A DNA stretch of 64,000 nucleotides, taken from assembly GCA_040004335.1 (NCBI GenBank), contig JBDUBA010000490.1:2317-66316 (forward strand), in the 5' to 3' direction. The number at the start of each line of letters is the position of its first letter. Position 1 is the first letter of the stretch. Positions 39,187-48,220 of this stretch are shown piece after piece. The translations under genes and the position numbers were made by a program. The notes beneath the pieces were generated by a model. The model saw nothing but the letters and a program-made list of their open reading frames with translations, was not told the DNA's origin and did no database searches. Source of the stretch: Gemmatimonas sp. (GTDB taxonomy: Bacteria; Gemmatimonadota; Gemmatimonadetes; Gemmatimonadales; Gemmatimonadaceae).

Positions 39187-41469
39187 ATGCGACTGTCCCT
39201 CCGCTTCATCGTTCCACTCCTCGCGACACTGGCGCTCCTTGCCTATGCGTTGGCGCCCGCGGTTGACCACGCCATTTTGCAGTGGTTTGTTCGCGATCTC
39301 GATCTCCGCGCGAAAGCAATTGCGAACGCGGTGCAGGAACCGTTGCGACCGCTCATTGACGCCGGCAACCGCAAGCGCGTCGTGCAGTACTTCGAGCGAC
39401 TCACCGACGACGAACGCCTGTACGCGGTCGGTTACTGTCCTGAGCGGGGGCAGGCATTAATTGCAACATCAACCTTTCCCGCCGTGATCAAGTGCGATAG
39501 CCTCGCGCGCTTCGAGGGCAACACGGGAAAACGTCTCGCTCTGCCCAGTGGCGCGCTGCACGTGACGGTGGCCCCTGTGTTGGTGGACCTGGCGGCGGAC
39601 AGCACGCCCAGTGCGCTCAACGGTGGATCGCTGGTGCTCGTGCACGATATGAGTTTTGCCGAGCGACGCAGCAATCAGGCGCGGAAGTATCTGTTTTATA
39701 TCTTCACGGGGCTTGGGCTCCTGATTTCGCTGATCACGGTGATCATCGCACAGCTCAGCTGGCGCGGCTGGATGCAGGGAATGCGTGCGTTGATGCGCGG
39801 AGAAGGGTTGCTGCGTCCGGCAGAACGCAACGAGCGGCCCGAATTGAATCCCATCGCGCGTGATCTGCGCTCGTTGTTACGCGACATCGAGTCGGCGCAC
39901 GCTGCGCGCGACGAAGGGCAAATGGTGTGGACGGCCGATGCGCTACGATCATTGTTACACACCGAGCTCCGCGATCAGGAAGTAATCGTTGTGTCCAATC
40001 GTGAGCCCTATCTCCATGTTCGCGATGGCGTGCACATTGAAGTGAAACGTCCGGCCAGCGGCGTGGTGACGGCCCTCGAGCCCATCATGCGCGCGTGTTC
40101 GGGCACGTGGATTGCGCACGGCAGCGGGTCGGCCGATCGCGATGTCGTGGACCGGCACAATCGTATTGCGGTGCCGCCCGAAGCGCCCGCGTACCAACTG
40201 CGTCGCGTGTGGATGACGGAGGACGAAGAAGCGGGATATTATTACGGCTTCGCCAACGAAGGCCTGTGGCCGCTCTGTCACATTGCGCATGTCCGGCCGA
40301 CATTTCGGAGCGGCGATTTCGAAATGTACAAGCTGATCAATCAGCGTTTTGCACAGGCAGTGGTGAAAGAATCGCGCACCAGTGATCCGATTGTACTGAT
40401 TCAGGATTATCACTTCGCGCTGCTGCCTCGCATGATTCGCGAACTGATGCCCAATGCAACCGTTATCACGTTTTGGCACATTCCGTGGCCGAATCCTGAA
40501 TCGTTCGCGATCTGCCCGTGGCGCGAGGAGCTGCTGGACGGACTGCTGGGCAGTAGCATCCTGGGTTTTCATACGCAATTTCACTGCAACAACTTTCTCG
40601 ACAGCGTGGATCGCCTGCTCGAAGCGCGCGTCGATCGCGAAACGTTCTCGGTAAGTTACCGGGGCGAACCGACGGCGATCAAACGGTATCCAATTTCAAT
40701 CGAGTGGCCCCCGTCACCGGCGCTGATGAATCGTTCGGTTGCACACGCGCGTATCGCGGTGCGCGATCGGTATGGATTGCCGCACGATCACCGCGTGGGT
40801 GTGGGCGTCGAGCGTCTGGACTACACCAAGGGAATTGAGGAACGCTTTCGTGCCATCGAGCGTTTTCTCGAACTGCATCCGCAATGGGTCGGCAAGTTTT
40901 CCTTCGTGCAGATTGCCGCGCCTTCGCGGTCCAGTATCGACGAGTATCACAGCTATGAACAGCGCGTGCGCACCCTGGCGGAGGAAATCAATGCGCGATT
41001 CGGCCGATTTGGGCCGGCGCCCATCATCCTCAAAATCGAGCATCATGAACCGGACAGTATTTACGAGCACTATCGCGCGGCCGATTTGTGTTTCGTCAGC
41101 AGTTTACACGACGGCATGAATCTCGTAGCGAAGGAGTTTGTAGCGGCGCGTGATGACGAACGCGGCGTGCTGGTGTTGAGTCGTTTCACCGGAGCGGTGC
41201 GCGAACTTCCCGAAGCGCTCGTGGTCAACCCGTACGACGCCGACGAATGCGCGGCCGCGCTTGAGGCCGCGTTAACGATGCCGGAAACCGAACAACGGGA
41301 CCGCATGCGCCTGATGCGCAGTCTGCTGCGCGATTTCAACGTGTTCCGCTGGGCGGGACGCATGTTGATTGACGCGTCGGGAATGCGGCGTCGCAACAAG
41401 TTGCGTGAGACCTCGCGCAATACGCCCGCCCGATCGTCGCCGGCCCGCCCACGCGAGAGTGTCGCGTGA
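39187..41469 (+). CDS. otsA: trehalose-6-phosphate synthase with N-terminal TM-sensor-TM-HAMP-like module
   Basis: GT20 motifs VVSNREP, YYYGFANEGLWPLCH, QDYH, FWHIPWP, RLDYTKG, DGMNLVAKE, VNPYD, preceded by about 250 extra residues with two TM helices. Confidence 0.92.
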   Translation: MRLSLRFIVPLLATLALLAYALAPAVDHAILQWFVRDLDLRAKAIANAVQEPLRPLIDAGNRKRVVQYFERLTDDERLYAVGYCPERGQALIATSTFPAVIKCDSLARFEGNTGKRLALPSGALHVTVAPVLVDLAADSTPSALNGGSLVLVHDMSFAERRSNQARKYLFYIFTGLGLLISLITVIIAQLSWRGWMQGMRALMRGEGLLRPAERNERPELNPIARDLRSLLRDIESAHAARDEGQMVWTADALRSLLHTELRDQEVIVVSNREPYLHVRDGVHIEVKRPASGVVTALEPIMRACSGTWIAHGSGSADRDVVDRHNRIAVPPEAPAYQLRRVWMTEDEEAGYYYGFANEGLWPLCHIAHVRPTFRSGDFEMYKLINQRFAQAVVKESRTSDPIVLIQDYHFALLPRMIRELMPNATVITFWHIPWPNPESFAICPWREELLDGLLGSSILGFHTQFHCNNFLDSVDRLLEARVDRETFSVSYRGEPTAIKRYPISIEWPPSPALMNRSVAHARIAVRDRYGLPHDHRVGVGVERLDYTKGIEERFRAIERFLELHPQWVGKFSFVQIAAPSRSSIDEYHSYEQRVRTLAEEINARFGRFGPAPIILKIEHHEPDSIYEHYRAADLCFVSSLHDGMNLVAKEFVAARDDERGVLVLSRFTGAVRELPEALVVNPYDADECAAALEAALTMPETEQRDRMRLMRSLLRDFNVFRWAGRMLIDASGMRRRNKLRETSRNTPARSSPARPRESVA

Positions 41470-42239
41470 CCAGTGTATCACCGCCGCCGCCCCAACTTGA
41501 GTGGGCGTGGTTTTTCGACATTGACGGTACCGTCGCGCAGCTCGAACTGTCGCCGGGCGCGGTGCGAGTCGACCTGGTGATGCAATATCTGATCGCAGCG
41601 CTTCACGATCAAACCGGCGGTGCCGTGGCGTTGATCAGCGGCCGATCGTTGCGCGACATCGACCTGTTGTTTCCTAATTTTTCCATCGCGGCTGCGGGGC
41701 AACATGGCGCTGAGCGGCGACATGCGGACGGCGCGATCGTTCGGCAGCCGGCGCCAAGCGCGAGTCTGCTCGCAATGCGCGATGCGCTGCGCGACGTGGA
41801 ACGCCGTCATGTCGGGCTGCTGCTCGAAGACAAAGGACTATCGCTGGCGCTGCACTACCGACAAGCACCGCGACTTGGCGCATTCGTTGAACGCGAGGTG
41901 CGCGCACTGTTCGTGAATATGGGGCCGGGGTACCAGCTGCAAACCGGCAAGTGTGTGGTTGAAATCGTTCCGGTGGGTCACACCAAGGGCACAGTGATCG
42001 GCGAATTCATGATGGAAGCCCCCTTTCATGGACGAGTGCCCGTTGTACTGGGCGATGACATCACCGACGAAAACGCATTTGATATTGTCAACAACCTGGG
42101 CGGGGTTTCGATCAAGGTTGGTGCAGGTCCAACACAGGCGAACTATCGTCTGATCGATGTCTCATCCGTGCGCACCTGGCTCTCAACGTTGTCGCCGTTA
42201 ACGTACATCCAATTTTCAGACGCGGGAGAAACCGTATGA
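41466..42239 (+). CDS. otsB: trehalose-6-phosphate phosphatase
   Basis: FDIDGT, ISGRS, GQHGAE, EDKG..LHYR, GKCVVE, KG, GDDITDE (HAD IIB). Confidence 0.93.
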   Translation: MTSVSPPPPQLEWAWFFDIDGTVAQLELSPGAVRVDLVMQYLIAALHDQTGGAVALISGRSLRDIDLLFPNFSIAAAGQHGAERRHADGAIVRQPAPSASLLAMRDALRDVERRHVGLLLEDKGLSLALHYRQAPRLGAFVEREVRALFVNMGPGYQLQTGKCVVEIVPVGHTKGTVIGEFMMEAPFHGRVPVVLGDDITDENAFDIVNNLGGVSIKVGAGPTQANYRLIDVSSVRTWLSTLSPLTYIQFSDAGETV

Positions 42240-44023
42240 ATACCCTCGACCTCGGCCTTGTGGGCAATGGTACGATGGCATCGCTCATCGATCCCATGGG
42301 CGACGTTGTCTGGATGTGCGTGCCACGTGTCGATGGCGACCCCGCGTTCTGCACGTTGCTCAATGACAAATCCGACGAGAATAGTTTCGGATTCTTTTCC
42401 GTCACCATCGCGAATTTTGAACGGAGCGAGCAGGAGTACCTGGTCAACACCCCGGTGTTGGTCACGCGTCTTTTTGATCGTGATGGTGGATGCGTGGAGA
42501 TCACCGATTTACACCCGCGATTTCAGCAATTCAGTCGGGTGTTCTGCCCTATGATGCTGGTGCGCAGAGTGCGACGCGTGAGCGGCGCGCCACGCATTTG
42601 TGTTCACGTGCGACCGGCCGCTGACGCCGGCGCGGTGCGGCGCGGCCTCACATTCGGCAGTCATCACATTCGCTACGTTGATTCATCGACGGTGCTGCGC
42701 TTGACCACCGACGCATCCATCACCGCCATTGTGGAGGAACTGCCCTTTGTACTCGATGACGCGATAACGCTCATTCTGGGCCCCGACGAAACCGTGCACG
42801 AAGACGCCGGCGAACTCGGACGCAAGTTCATCGAACAAACGATCGACTACTGGCGTATCTGGGTGCGCTCACTCGCGATTCCATTTGAATGGCAGGACGA
42901 CGTCATTCGCGCGGCCATTACGCTCAAGCTCAATGCTGTTGAGGACACTGGAGCGATCATTGCGGCCGTGACCACTTCAATTCCCGAAGCGCCGGACAGC
43001 GGACGCAATTGGGACTATCGCTTCTGCTGGTTACGCGACGGATTCATGGTAGTGAATGCGCTCAATCGGCTGGGCGCAACCCGAACGATGGAGCGATACC
43101 TAAATTTCATCGTGAATATTGCTGCTACGTCCGACCGCGGACGTTTGCAACCGGTGTACGCCATCAACGGACGCGCTGCGCTGGTCGAGCGCGAAGTGGA
43201 ATCACTGAGCGGATACCGCGGAATGGGGCCGGTCCGCATTGGCAACCAGGCCTATGAACAAATCCAACACGACGTGTACGGCGCAACGATACTTTCAGCG
43301 GCGCACATTTTTTTCGATCGACGTTTGGTGCGCGGCGACAACGAAGCGCTGTTTCGACGACTCGAACCGCTGGGTGCCCGAGCCGTGCAGATGTACGATC
43401 AGCCAGACGCCGGAATCTGGGAATTCCGCGGCCGCCTCGAACCCCACACGTACTCGGCCGTGATGTGTTGGGCGGCGTGTGATCGCCTTGGACGAATTGC
43501 CACACACCTCGGTATTCGCGATCGCGCCGACTACTGGAATGAGCAGGCGGCAACCATGCGCGACGACATCATCGCGCGGTCGTGGAATGCAGAAACAAAC
43601 TCGTTTGCGGCAACGCTGAATGGCAATCGTATCGACGCAAGTTTGCTGCTGTTGCACGAAGTCGGATTCGTCAAAGGCAACGATCCTCGATTTGTCGGGA
43701 CGGTCGAAGCCATTGAGCGCGAACTGTTGAAGGGCGATTATGTCTTTCGCTACTTCGACGAAGACGATTTCGGGGCGCCGTCCAATGCGTTTCTTGTCTG
43801 TACGTTCTGGTATGTGCAGGCGCTCGCGGTGATTGGACGACGTGACGAAGCACGCAAGATTTTCGAGAAGTTATTGAAGGGACGCAATCGTCATGGCCTC
43901 TTGGCCGAACACGTCAATCCCGCAACGGGTGAGCAGTGGGGCAATTTTGTGCAGACGTACAGCATGGTTGGTCTCATTACCTGTGCGATTCGCCTGTCGA
44001 AGAGCTGGGACGATGGGTTCTAA
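42236..44023 (+). CDS. glycoside hydrolase family 15 (trehalase/glucoamylase-like)
   Basis: GAIIAAVTTSIPE, RNWDYRFCWLRDG, QHDVYG, GIWEFR, GLLAEH, WGNFVQTYS. Confidence 0.92.
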   Translation: MNTLDLGLVGNGTMASLIDPMGDVVWMCVPRVDGDPAFCTLLNDKSDENSFGFFSVTIANFERSEQEYLVNTPVLVTRLFDRDGGCVEITDLHPRFQQFSRVFCPMMLVRRVRRVSGAPRICVHVRPAADAGAVRRGLTFGSHHIRYVDSSTVLRLTTDASITAIVEELPFVLDDAITLILGPDETVHEDAGELGRKFIEQTIDYWRIWVRSLAIPFEWQDDVIRAAITLKLNAVEDTGAIIAAVTTSIPEAPDSGRNWDYRFCWLRDGFMVVNALNRLGATRTMERYLNFIVNIAATSDRGRLQPVYAINGRAALVEREVESLSGYRGMGPVRIGNQAYEQIQHDVYGATILSAAHIFFDRRLVRGDNEALFRRLEPLGARAVQMYDQPDAGIWEFRGRLEPHTYSAVMCWAACDRLGRIATHLGIRDRADYWNEQAATMRDDIIARSWNAETNSFAATLNGNRIDASLLLLHEVGFVKGNDPRFVGTVEAIERELLKGDYVFRYFDEDDFGAPSNAFLVCTFWYVQALAVIGRRDEARKIFEKLLKGRNRHGLLAEHVNPATGEQWGNFVQTYSMVGLITCAIRLSKSWDDGF

Positions 44024-44048
44024 CGGGTGTCGCGAATTTGTTCGTGGT

Positions 44049-45482
44049 CTACGACTCGGAATCATCGGTATCCTTTCGTGTAAACGAACGTCCATAGCGA
44101 TGCACGCGATCGGTGAGCGTTCCTTCCCGAATGCGCAAGGTGCTTGAGTCGACGTCACCGATGTTTCCGCCAAGCGGCACGTGCAGTGCAGCGGATTTCG
44201 AAAATCCCAACTTCTGACTGGCGTATACGCTGCGATGACCCACCATGAGAAAGGCGGTGGCCGCTGCGAGTGCCGCGTACACACCTTCATGCGCGGGTAA
44301 CAACTCAATCGCCATCACGGCCGCCGCGAGTGGCGTATTGGCGGCAGCGGCGAGCACCGAGACAAATCCAAACGCGGCCAACAAGCGCGGATTTACCCCA
44401 AACAACGGCGCCATCGCCGCACCGCTCGTCACGCCAATGAAGAAGATGGGTGTGAGGATACCACCACTGCCGCCGCTTTCCAGCGTGACACCGGTGGCGA
44501 TCATCTTGATCACGAATGCAAACGCGCTGACGGTGACCGCGCCCGTTAACACGCCGTCAATCGTGTCGGTACCAAGACCGGCATACTGCACGCCACCAAC
44601 GGCGTACACACCAACAAGGACTAGTCCGCCCACGGCCGCAATGACAAACGGGTGCGTTTCGGCGCGTTTCACGACGCGATCGAGCGTGCGCATGAATTCA
44701 ATCAGCAGCAGCGCCACCAAGCCAAAGAGCGATCCCGACGCGATGGACGTAAGCACGATACGCATCTGGCCGACCGTTCCAAACGCGTCCTGCAATACGG
44801 GAAACGGTGCCTTGACGCCGCACACCAGATGGCCAACGATCCCGGCAACCAGTGCCGGAAAAATTACGGTGTAATCGATGCGGCCCAGGTACAGCACCTC
44901 AATGCCGAAGAGCGCGCCGCTCACTGGAGTGCCAAAGACGGCGGCGAATCCGGCACTGATTCCGCAAATGACAAGTCGTCGGCGATCAGGGTCATTCAGT
45001 TTGAGCATGTCGGCAAACAGACTCGTGAGCGACGCTCCAATCTGTGCCGCCGGCCCTTCTTTTCCGACGGATCCGCCAAAGGCCAGTGTGACCACCGTCG
45101 CAAATAATTTGACCGGTGCAATGCGCCAATTGATACGCCCCGAGTCTCGATGGACCGCTGCAATGACCGCCTCAGTGCCGTGACCGCGCGCATCGGGCGC
45201 AAAGGTGCGAATGAGCCAGACGCAAAGGGGCAGCGCGAGCGGCAGCAACCAATATGCGGGGAAGGCGCTGCGGGTGATCAGCGCGACGACTGCTCCAGAG
45301 TGCGCGATGGCCCAGAGAAACACCCTCGTGCCATAACCGACACACAGTCCCGCACCGGCACCAAGAAACGCCCACTTGATTGTGCTGATTAAGAGCGCCG
45401 TGTGTTCAGTATACCACAGCGTTTCATCAGCGAGGCGTGGTGGTGCATCCGGCGTGGGATACTCCCCTGTCAAATTCCGCAT
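44049..45482 (-). CDS. ClC family chloride channel/antiporter
   Basis: GHGTE, GGSVGKEGP, AGFAAVFGTP, GGSGGILTP, AANTPLA. Confidence 0.92.
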   Translation of the reverse strand: MRNLTGEYPTPDAPPRLADETLWYTEHTALLISTIKWAFLGAGAGLCVGYGTRVFLWAIAHSGAVVALITRSAFPAYWLLPLALPLCVWLIRTFAPDARGHGTEAVIAAVHRDSGRINWRIAPVKLFATVVTLAFGGSVGKEGPAAQIGASLTSLFADMLKLNDPDRRRLVICGISAGFAAVFGTPVSGALFGIEVLYLGRIDYTVIFPALVAGIVGHLVCGVKAPFPVLQDAFGTVGQMRIVLTSIASGSLFGLVALLLIEFMRTLDRVVKRAETHPFVIAAVGGLVLVGVYAVGGVQYAGLGTDTIDGVLTGAVTVSAFAFVIKMIATGVTLESGGSGGILTPIFFIGVTSGAAMAPLFGVNPRLLAAFGFVSVLAAAANTPLAAAVMAIELLPAHEGVYAALAAATAFLMVGHRSVYASQKLGFSKSAALHVPLGGNIGDVDSSTLRIREGTLTDRVHRYGRSFTRKDTDDSES

Positions 45483-45517
45483 ACATGAATGTATCGCGGA
45501 ACCGCCGCAGGTTCAGC

Positions 45518-46405
45518 TCATTTCTTCGGCGAACTGGCGCTGTTGTCTTTGTTCAAAAACCCGTTCATTATCGAGTCCTTGACCGCATTCGCGACGCCCT
45601 CGGCGGTTGCGTCATTGTCCGGCACATCCTTGCTGAACGGCAACAGTATTGAAATGCGGCGGTTCGCTGCAGCCGTTGGATCGGCCGGCACGCGCAATTG
45701 CTTGTCAGCCAAGCCGCGAATTTCTACCAGGCGCCCCTCACCAACGCCTACGTCGCCCAGCACGCGTCGCGCGGCATTGGCGCGATCGGTTGAAAGTTCC
45801 CAGTTACCGTACTGCGCGTTGTTGCCAAACTTCGCCGCGTCGGTGTGCCCCTCAATGATGATGGGGTTTTGCAACTGCGCGAGTTCTTCACCCACTACCT
45901 TGAGCACCAATTCGGTGGTGGATTTCATGACCGCCGAACCCAATGCGAAGTAGCGATCGCCATTGCCACTCTCAATGAGTTCAATGCGCAAACCGTCTTT
46001 CGTGATGAGCACTTCAACCAGCGCGTTCAATCCTTTTGCCGAATCAAGCGTTGCCAGTCTGCTCTGGATCTTCTGCTTCAACTGTTCAAACGATTTCTGC
46101 TCGGTGGTACGTACAATCGATTTGAGTGACGGACGCTGAATGGTCGTGGGTGAAGAACCCGCAAACAGCGCGCTCGATCCCGAACCGTACCCTTTTTTGT
46201 AGCCAACCGGATTCGCGAAATACCCTTCGATGGCTAATTTGGTTTTGTCGTCCATGCCAAGAATCCACATCACCATGAAGAACGCCATCATGGCCGTCAC
46301 GAAGTCCGCGTACGCGACTTTCCATGACCCGCCGTGGTGGCCCCCACCGCCAACGATCTTTTTCTTGACAATGATAATTTTTTTGCCGCCGCGCGGAGCT
46401 GCCAT
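45518..46405 (-). CDS. motB: flagellar stator protein MotB
   Basis: HHGGSWKVAYADFVTAMMAFF; OmpA-like EGHTD, NWELSTDRAN, NRRI. Confidence 0.96.
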   Translation of the reverse strand: MAAPRGGKKIIIVKKKIVGGGGHHGGSWKVAYADFVTAMMAFFMVMWILGMDDKTKLAIEGYFANPVGYKKGYGSGSSALFAGSSPTTIQRPSLKSIVRTTEQKSFEQLKQKIQSRLATLDSAKGLNALVEVLITKDGLRIELIESGNGDRYFALGSAVMKSTTELVLKVVGEELAQLQNPIIIEGHTDAAKFGNNAQYGNWELSTDRANAARRVLGDVGVGEGRLVEIRGLADKQLRVPADPTAAANRRISILLPFSKDVPDNDATAEGVANAVKDSIMNGFLNKDNSASSPKK

Positions 46406-46407
46406 GA

Positions 46408-47265
46408 TCAGGCGGCCTTGTTACGCGTGAGCCCTTCGAGCTCGGAGAAGCTCGGACGTTCGTGTGGTTCAACGTTGCGACGGGCAAATTCAACCGCAGT
46501 CATCGGTGCATCACCACGAGCAAACGCCAGGAGCGCAGTTCGTACGCACAACATGTAGTCGTTTTCCGCCGCAATGCGATTTTCCATGGCCTTGGCAATC
46601 GGACCCAGGACACCGTACGCGAGCAGAATTCCAAGAAAGGTTCCGACCAGTGCGGCCGCGACGCTTTCACCAATCAACTTGGCTTCACCACCAATCTCTC
46701 CCATCGTGATGATGACGCCGAGAACGGCCGCCACGATGCCGAAACCCGGCATGGCGTCGGAAACCGACGATACGGCGTGGGGCACTTGCATCATTTCGTG
46801 GTGATGTTTCTCAAGATCGATATCGAGAATTTCCGCGAGGTTGTGATCTTCCACCGTTCCAGTGAGTAGCACCTTGAGCGTGTCACACAACAGCGCGACA
46901 GCGTGATGATTCTTCGAGAATGATGGGTATTTGGAGAAGATGTCGCTCTTGTCCGGATCTTCGATGTGGGCTTCCAAACCAACAAGTCCGTCCTTGCGCG
47001 CCTTCTGGAAGATCTCGTAGAGTACCTGCAGCAGTTCCGCATACGCTTTCGCGCCAAACGGATTGCCTTTCATGAGGCCTAGAAACTGGCCAATCGCGGC
47101 TTTCAGTACAGCTGGAGGATTCGCCATCACCATCGAGCCCAAACCGGCGCCACCCAGAATGATGAATTCGTTAGGTTGCCACAGCACGAGCAGATGGCCG
47201 CCGTGCATGAGGTAGCCCGTTACGACTGAACCCAACACCACAAGCAGTCCGACAATCACTAACAC
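46408..47265 (-). CDS. motA: flagellar stator protein MotA
   Basis: QPNEFIIL, ARKDGLVGLE, PGFGIVAAVLG, ALVGTFLGILLAYG. Confidence 0.96.
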   Translation of the reverse strand: MLVIVGLLVVLGSVVTGYLMHGGHLLVLWQPNEFIILGGAGLGSMVMANPPAVLKAAIGQFLGLMKGNPFGAKAYAELLQVLYEIFQKARKDGLVGLEAHIEDPDKSDIFSKYPSFSKNHHAVALLCDTLKVLLTGTVEDHNLAEILDIDLEKHHHEMMQVPHAVSSVSDAMPGFGIVAAVLGVIITMGEIGGEAKLIGESVAAALVGTFLGILLAYGVLGPIAKAMENRIAAENDYMLCVRTALLAFARGDAPMTAVEFARRNVEPHERPSFSELEGLTRNKAA

Positions 47266-47301
47266 GTGAGCAATCCTGAGAGCAGTGTGGAGACCGAACT
47301 G

Positions 47302-47946
47302 ATGAGCGGCGCCGAACCGGCAGCGGCGCGTTGGTTAGCAATACACGACGAACTGTTACGCGGCATAACCCATGCCCTGAGCAATCGTATCGCCACCATT
47401 GGGGCGGCCGGCTACATGCTGGAACACGGCGACGTCGCGGTTGAACAAACAATTCATTCCCTGCGCGAAGAAACCGATCGCATGGACGCACTGTTGCAGC
47501 AACTGCGCCAACTTCCCGAACGTCCCGGCGCTGATCCCGAACCGATGACGGTGAACGACGCGTGCGCCGCGGCCATCAAGGTGCACGCCCATCACGGCGA
47601 ACTGCGCGACTTTGAATGCGACGTTGCCGTTGATACCGACGTCTACCCGGTTTGGGCTGAACCACAAGCGCTTGTACACGCGCTGCTCGTTGCGTTGACT
47701 GCCGCAAAGCGAAATGCGGTGCCCGGCAGCCGTATACTCATGAAGGCCACGGGCAACACAAACGTCGTCAATATTCGCGTTGTCGCATGCGACGGAACGG
47801 TCGAACGTGATGTGTTGAACGTCGTTGATGCCAACGCGGCCCGCTGGCTGCTCAAGAAAAATGGCGGATCGGCGCGCGCCGTTGACAACGGCTGCGAACT
47901 GGAGCTCCCCACGCTGCTCGCCATCAGGCGCGCCCGCAAGAGTTAG
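47302..47946 (+). CDS. pseudo-histidine-kinase / ChpT-like phosphotransferase candidate
   Basis: H-box-like GITHALSNRIATI and a second DHp helix, then a CA-like fold lacking N/G1/G2 residues; GGAG RBS before ATG 47302. Confidence 0.6.
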   Translation: MSGAEPAAARWLAIHDELLRGITHALSNRIATIGAAGYMLEHGDVAVEQTIHSLREETDRMDALLQQLRQLPERPGADPEPMTVNDACAAAIKVHAHHGELRDFECDVAVDTDVYPVWAEPQALVHALLVALTAAKRNAVPGSRILMKATGNTNVVNIRVVACDGTVERDVLNVVDANAARWLLKKNGGSARAVDNGCELELPTLLAIRRARKS

Positions 47947-47963
47947 CGTCAACGACGACATCT

Positions 47964-48209
47964 TCATGAAGGCTGCGATTCCGTAACCGGCGCACCCAAC
48001 TGCGCCAACCACGCACTCGCGTCGGCTCCCGCCGCGGCGCGTTTGTTTTCGGTTTCCACCTGCTGCGCAATTTCACCGCGCAGAATTTTCGTTTCTGCAG
48101 GCGCTTCGATTCCAAGACGCACCCCACCGCGGTCGCAGGACACGACCACGATGCGAATGCCGCCTTCAATCAGGATGGAATCGCCAACCCGCCGTCCCAG
48201 AATGAGCAT
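47964..48209 (-). CDS. csrA: carbon storage regulator CsrA
   Basis: MLILGRRVGDSILI...VRLGIEAP...ILRGEI. Confidence 0.92.
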   Translation of the reverse strand: MLILGRRVGDSILIEGGIRIVVVSCDRGGVRLGIEAPAETKILRGEIAQQVETENKRAAAGADASAWLAQLGAPVTESQPS

Positions 48210-48220
48210 CGCTAGTCTCT

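Noticed and set aside
47361-47377. CGGCA...TGCCC near the motA start as another enhancer copy
   Set aside because: Spacer is 7 rather than 5 nt, and no sigma-54 element was found upstream of motA.
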